Shown in pieces: positions 40,561 to 43,315 of a stretch of 43,315 bases of DNA (its first letter is position 1; each line of letters starts with the position of its first letter). The DNA is taken from positions 44,890,485-44,933,799 of the forward strand of contig NC_068985.1 in the NCBI RefSeq assembly GCF_001194135.2, given 5' to 3'. This DNA is from Octopus bimaculoides. Lineage: Eukaryota. A program made the translations under genes and the position numbers. A model generated the notes under the pieces. It saw only the letters and a program-made list of their open reading frames with translations, made no database searches and was not told the DNA's origin.

Positions 40561-40882
40561 GGAGAGAAATTGGATGCAGAAGAGGGAGGATAATAAGAAT
40601 AGGACAGTGTGGGCAGCAAGAAGAGATATACGAGGGATGTGAGCTAAGGAGAGCAAGCTAAGAGACAATAAAGAGAATAAAAGATAAATGTAGAAATGGT
40701 GGATATAGATAGGTAGGTAAACATATAGCTAAAGGTTGCGTGTGTGTGTGTTCGTATGTATACGAGTATGACTTTGTATGCACACACACACACACACACA
40801 CATACACACACATACACACACACACACACACAGAGGCACGCACACACACATATATGTATATCCACAGGCGCATACATGCATA

Positions 40883-41160
40883 TACAGGGTGTTTTAAACA
40901 ACCAAACGGTGCATGCACATAGTCGGTGTTTATTAGAATGCATTTCATTTTCAAGACTTGATAGAACAGACAGGATTTAATGTTTTTATGAATACCTGTT
41001 TTCAAAGTGATAATCATTTTGGTCTAACTACTGCTGATAACGCGAACATCAAGGAATATTTCGTTTGGCATTTGCACGTGTCTCCTGCAATGGCGGCCCT
41101 ATATTCATGGACGCTTGCCGAATTTGTACCGTAAGACATATCATTTAAGTGTTTCCTTAA
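40883..41160 (+). mobile_element. Tc1/mariner-type terminal fragment
   Basis: TA|TACAGGGTG start typical of IS630-Tc1-mariner TIRs; no matching partner TIR found. Confidence 0.35.
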
Positions 41161-41171
41161 CAAAGTCGCGT

Positions 41172-41490
41172 GAAGGCGTGTAGCTTAGTCGTAAGGGTAT
41201 TCGCTTCACGATTGTAAGGTCGTGAGATCAATTCCTGGCAGCGCGTTGCATTCTTCAGAAAGATACCTTATTTCCCATTGTTCCAGTCCACTAAACTGGC
41301 AAAAATGAGGTGTACCTGAATTTCAAAAGGCCAGCTTTATCGTATTGAGTGTTACGCTGAATCTCCCTGAGAGACACGGGTTTCACAGCATTTCACAGAC
41401 ATGTGTGCCCTTAAAGGCACGCGCGTCTGTGAAATGCTCAGTCAATTGTATGTTAATTTTAGGAGCAGGCTGCTCCGTTGGTGGGAGAAC
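41172..41490 (+). mobile_element. tRNA-derived CORE-like SINE (family C)
   Basis: A-box TAGCTTAGTCGTAAGG, B-box GAGATCAATTCC, then TTCCAGTCCACT...GGCAAAAATGAG. Confidence 0.78.
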
Positions 41491-41589
41491 CAGTTTAAAA
41501 AAAGACTAGTGGTGTGATGTCCGATGACTGCAGTGAGTATTCTAGTGAAACTTTTTAACCTAAACATTGTTTGGCTAACTTTCATCAAA

Positions 41590-42357
41590 GTAGGCTTTTA
41601 TATTACAATGATAATGTGGAAGTATAACTCCACATCCCAAAGCCCGCTTGAATACTTGACATAGAAAATAGTTGCAGCAAGTTCCAGTAAATGGTACCAG
41701 TCAAAGTAGCGTCAAGAGAACATGATCCAATTAATCCTTTTGATGATGAGCCGCACCATACTGTAACTCCTGATAAATTAGCATTGTGTTCCTCCAAAAT
41801 ATGCGAGTTCTCAGTTTCCTCAGTACATGTGATTGTAGCGTTATTTGAGATATCCTCATTGCTTCAAACAAACTTTGTTGGAACGTGTGTATCTTCTACA
41901 TACATCAAGCCAAGTACCACCAGTAAAACTCTTTGCTCCTGATGATTTTCATTGAAAACATAGACTATACTTGGAACATCATTTTTCCAATGGCAGCACT
42001 TGAAATTGCGATGGGCACTAGATTCTAAAGTTCTGATCTTATATCTAGCAGTAAGTTCTTAGTACTCTGTTTGCTTTGTTAGGCGAGTTGATGCTACAGC
42101 CTTCCGGAACGTTTGTTGTGAACGATCTGAAGAGTTCCATCTACTTCAAATATATATATCTGACCGGAGTGATGTTAAGTCACAAAGGTGGATATTTTTG
42201 AAACTCTCTCCGAAACTGTTTCTGCATTTCGTACCTGAAAAAATCCAAGCTTAATACATATTTTATACCCTTGAGTTACGAAACATCCTCAGATTGGCTA
42301 CGAAACACATGGAGTACAGAATTACGTTTTCCATTCTTTTGCACCTATCAAGGTATA
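41590..42357 (-). mobile_element. IS630-Tc1-mariner transposase remnant (DUF4817-type HTH plus DDE/D domain)
   Basis: QKQFRREFQKYPP..EVDGT..KRSGR; KFV*SNE (WSDE motif); NLSGVTVWCG.SSKGLIG. Multiple stops and frameshifts. Confidence 0.75.
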
Positions 42358-42974
42358 AATATATATATATGTATGTGTGNNNNNNNNNNTATATAAACAC
42401 GAAAACACATACACACACGACATATATATAGACCCTCGCATACGAATACGTATGTATATGATGAAATGATTGATTTCACATATATGACATACATCTGTTT
42501 TTCATTCTCCATACTACCAACTATATGTGTATGTGTGTGTGTGTGTGTGCGTGTTCATATATTATATAAGTTGATTTACTCGCCTGGCCAGCGGGCTGGC
42601 GTAATTCAAAAGCTAAAACGGTACAAAGTGCATTGTGATCAGCAATATATAACTACAGCCGATAGTCTGGTCGATCACATAATCAATAAATACTATATAT
42701 GTACATATACATATATAGTATATTCGCCGGTCAGGGGTGTGAGTATGCATGACGAAATGTCTATTTTTTGGATAATGGATAAATATTATATTGTATCGTT
42801 ATGTATTACATAACTTCAAATATTATCTCTATCGACGTCTAAAACTTTTATACATATTTGATGCAGACATACAGCTCTATACAAGCATTGACATACCCAC
42901 GCTCACATATTTATTTACTACATATAGATAGACATAGACGCATACACAAAAGTATATATTTATGTCTGTGTATA

Positions 42975-42980
42975 CACACA

Positions 42981-43012
<32 letters not shown>

Positions 43013-43190
43013 CATCTATCTATCTATCTTTCTATCTATACATACATACATACATATACACATATATACATATATAGATACACACGCACACAGACACAGA
43101 CACAGCCACAGACACATAAACACACACACACACACACAAGCACACACATATATATGTAATAAATACATACAAACATATACGCATACACGT
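42975..43190. repeat. (ATCT)n/(CATA)n/(CA)n microsatellites
   Basis: Directly visible. Confidence 0.95.
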
Positions 43191-43315
43191 GCTTGCCCGT
43201 TTGCCTGTGTGTTTTGAAGATATTCTCAAATTAAAAACTTTGTAATATTTACTTAAGCTTAAGAAATAATATATGTATAAAAAAAAATGAAAATAAAAAT
43301 GCTTGATCGTATATT

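Noticed and set aside
40883-42357. One Tc1/mariner element spanning both ends
   Set aside because: The left TACAGGGTG end and the right end are not inverted copies; treated as separate fragments.

Overview
Animal nuclear DNA that is AT-rich, saturated with microsatellites and broken by 12 N-gaps, most of them bordered by simple repeats. The repeat families (tRNA-headed SINEs, R4/Dong, RTE, CR1 and Tx1-like LINE remnants, Merlin and Tc1/mariner derivatives, Penelope-like pieces) look like those I associate with octopus/coleoid cephalopod genomes. That is an inference from recall, not a database result. I cannot support any intact protein-coding gene, tRNA, rRNA or CRISPR array. Nearly all long ORFs in the track are microsatellite or gap artefacts, and the remainder are decayed transposon ORFs. 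The window reads as intronic or intergenic. Highlights: (1) a 128-bp inverted repeat (127/128 identical) at 20485-20931 whose loop holds a type I hammerhead ribozyme motif with the palindromic GAAACGCGUC helix III typical of Penelope-like elements, plus a second copy of the family at 35793 and a second degenerate hammerhead at 36713; (2) a Merlin transposon with TIRs and an 8-bp TSD inserted in a SINE; (3) an RTE 3' end followed by a tandemly duplicated array of decayed C2H2 zinc fingers; (4) two R4/Dong remnants, each bracketed by (TAA)n; (5) weak candidate host exons and promoter on the minus strand near the window start.
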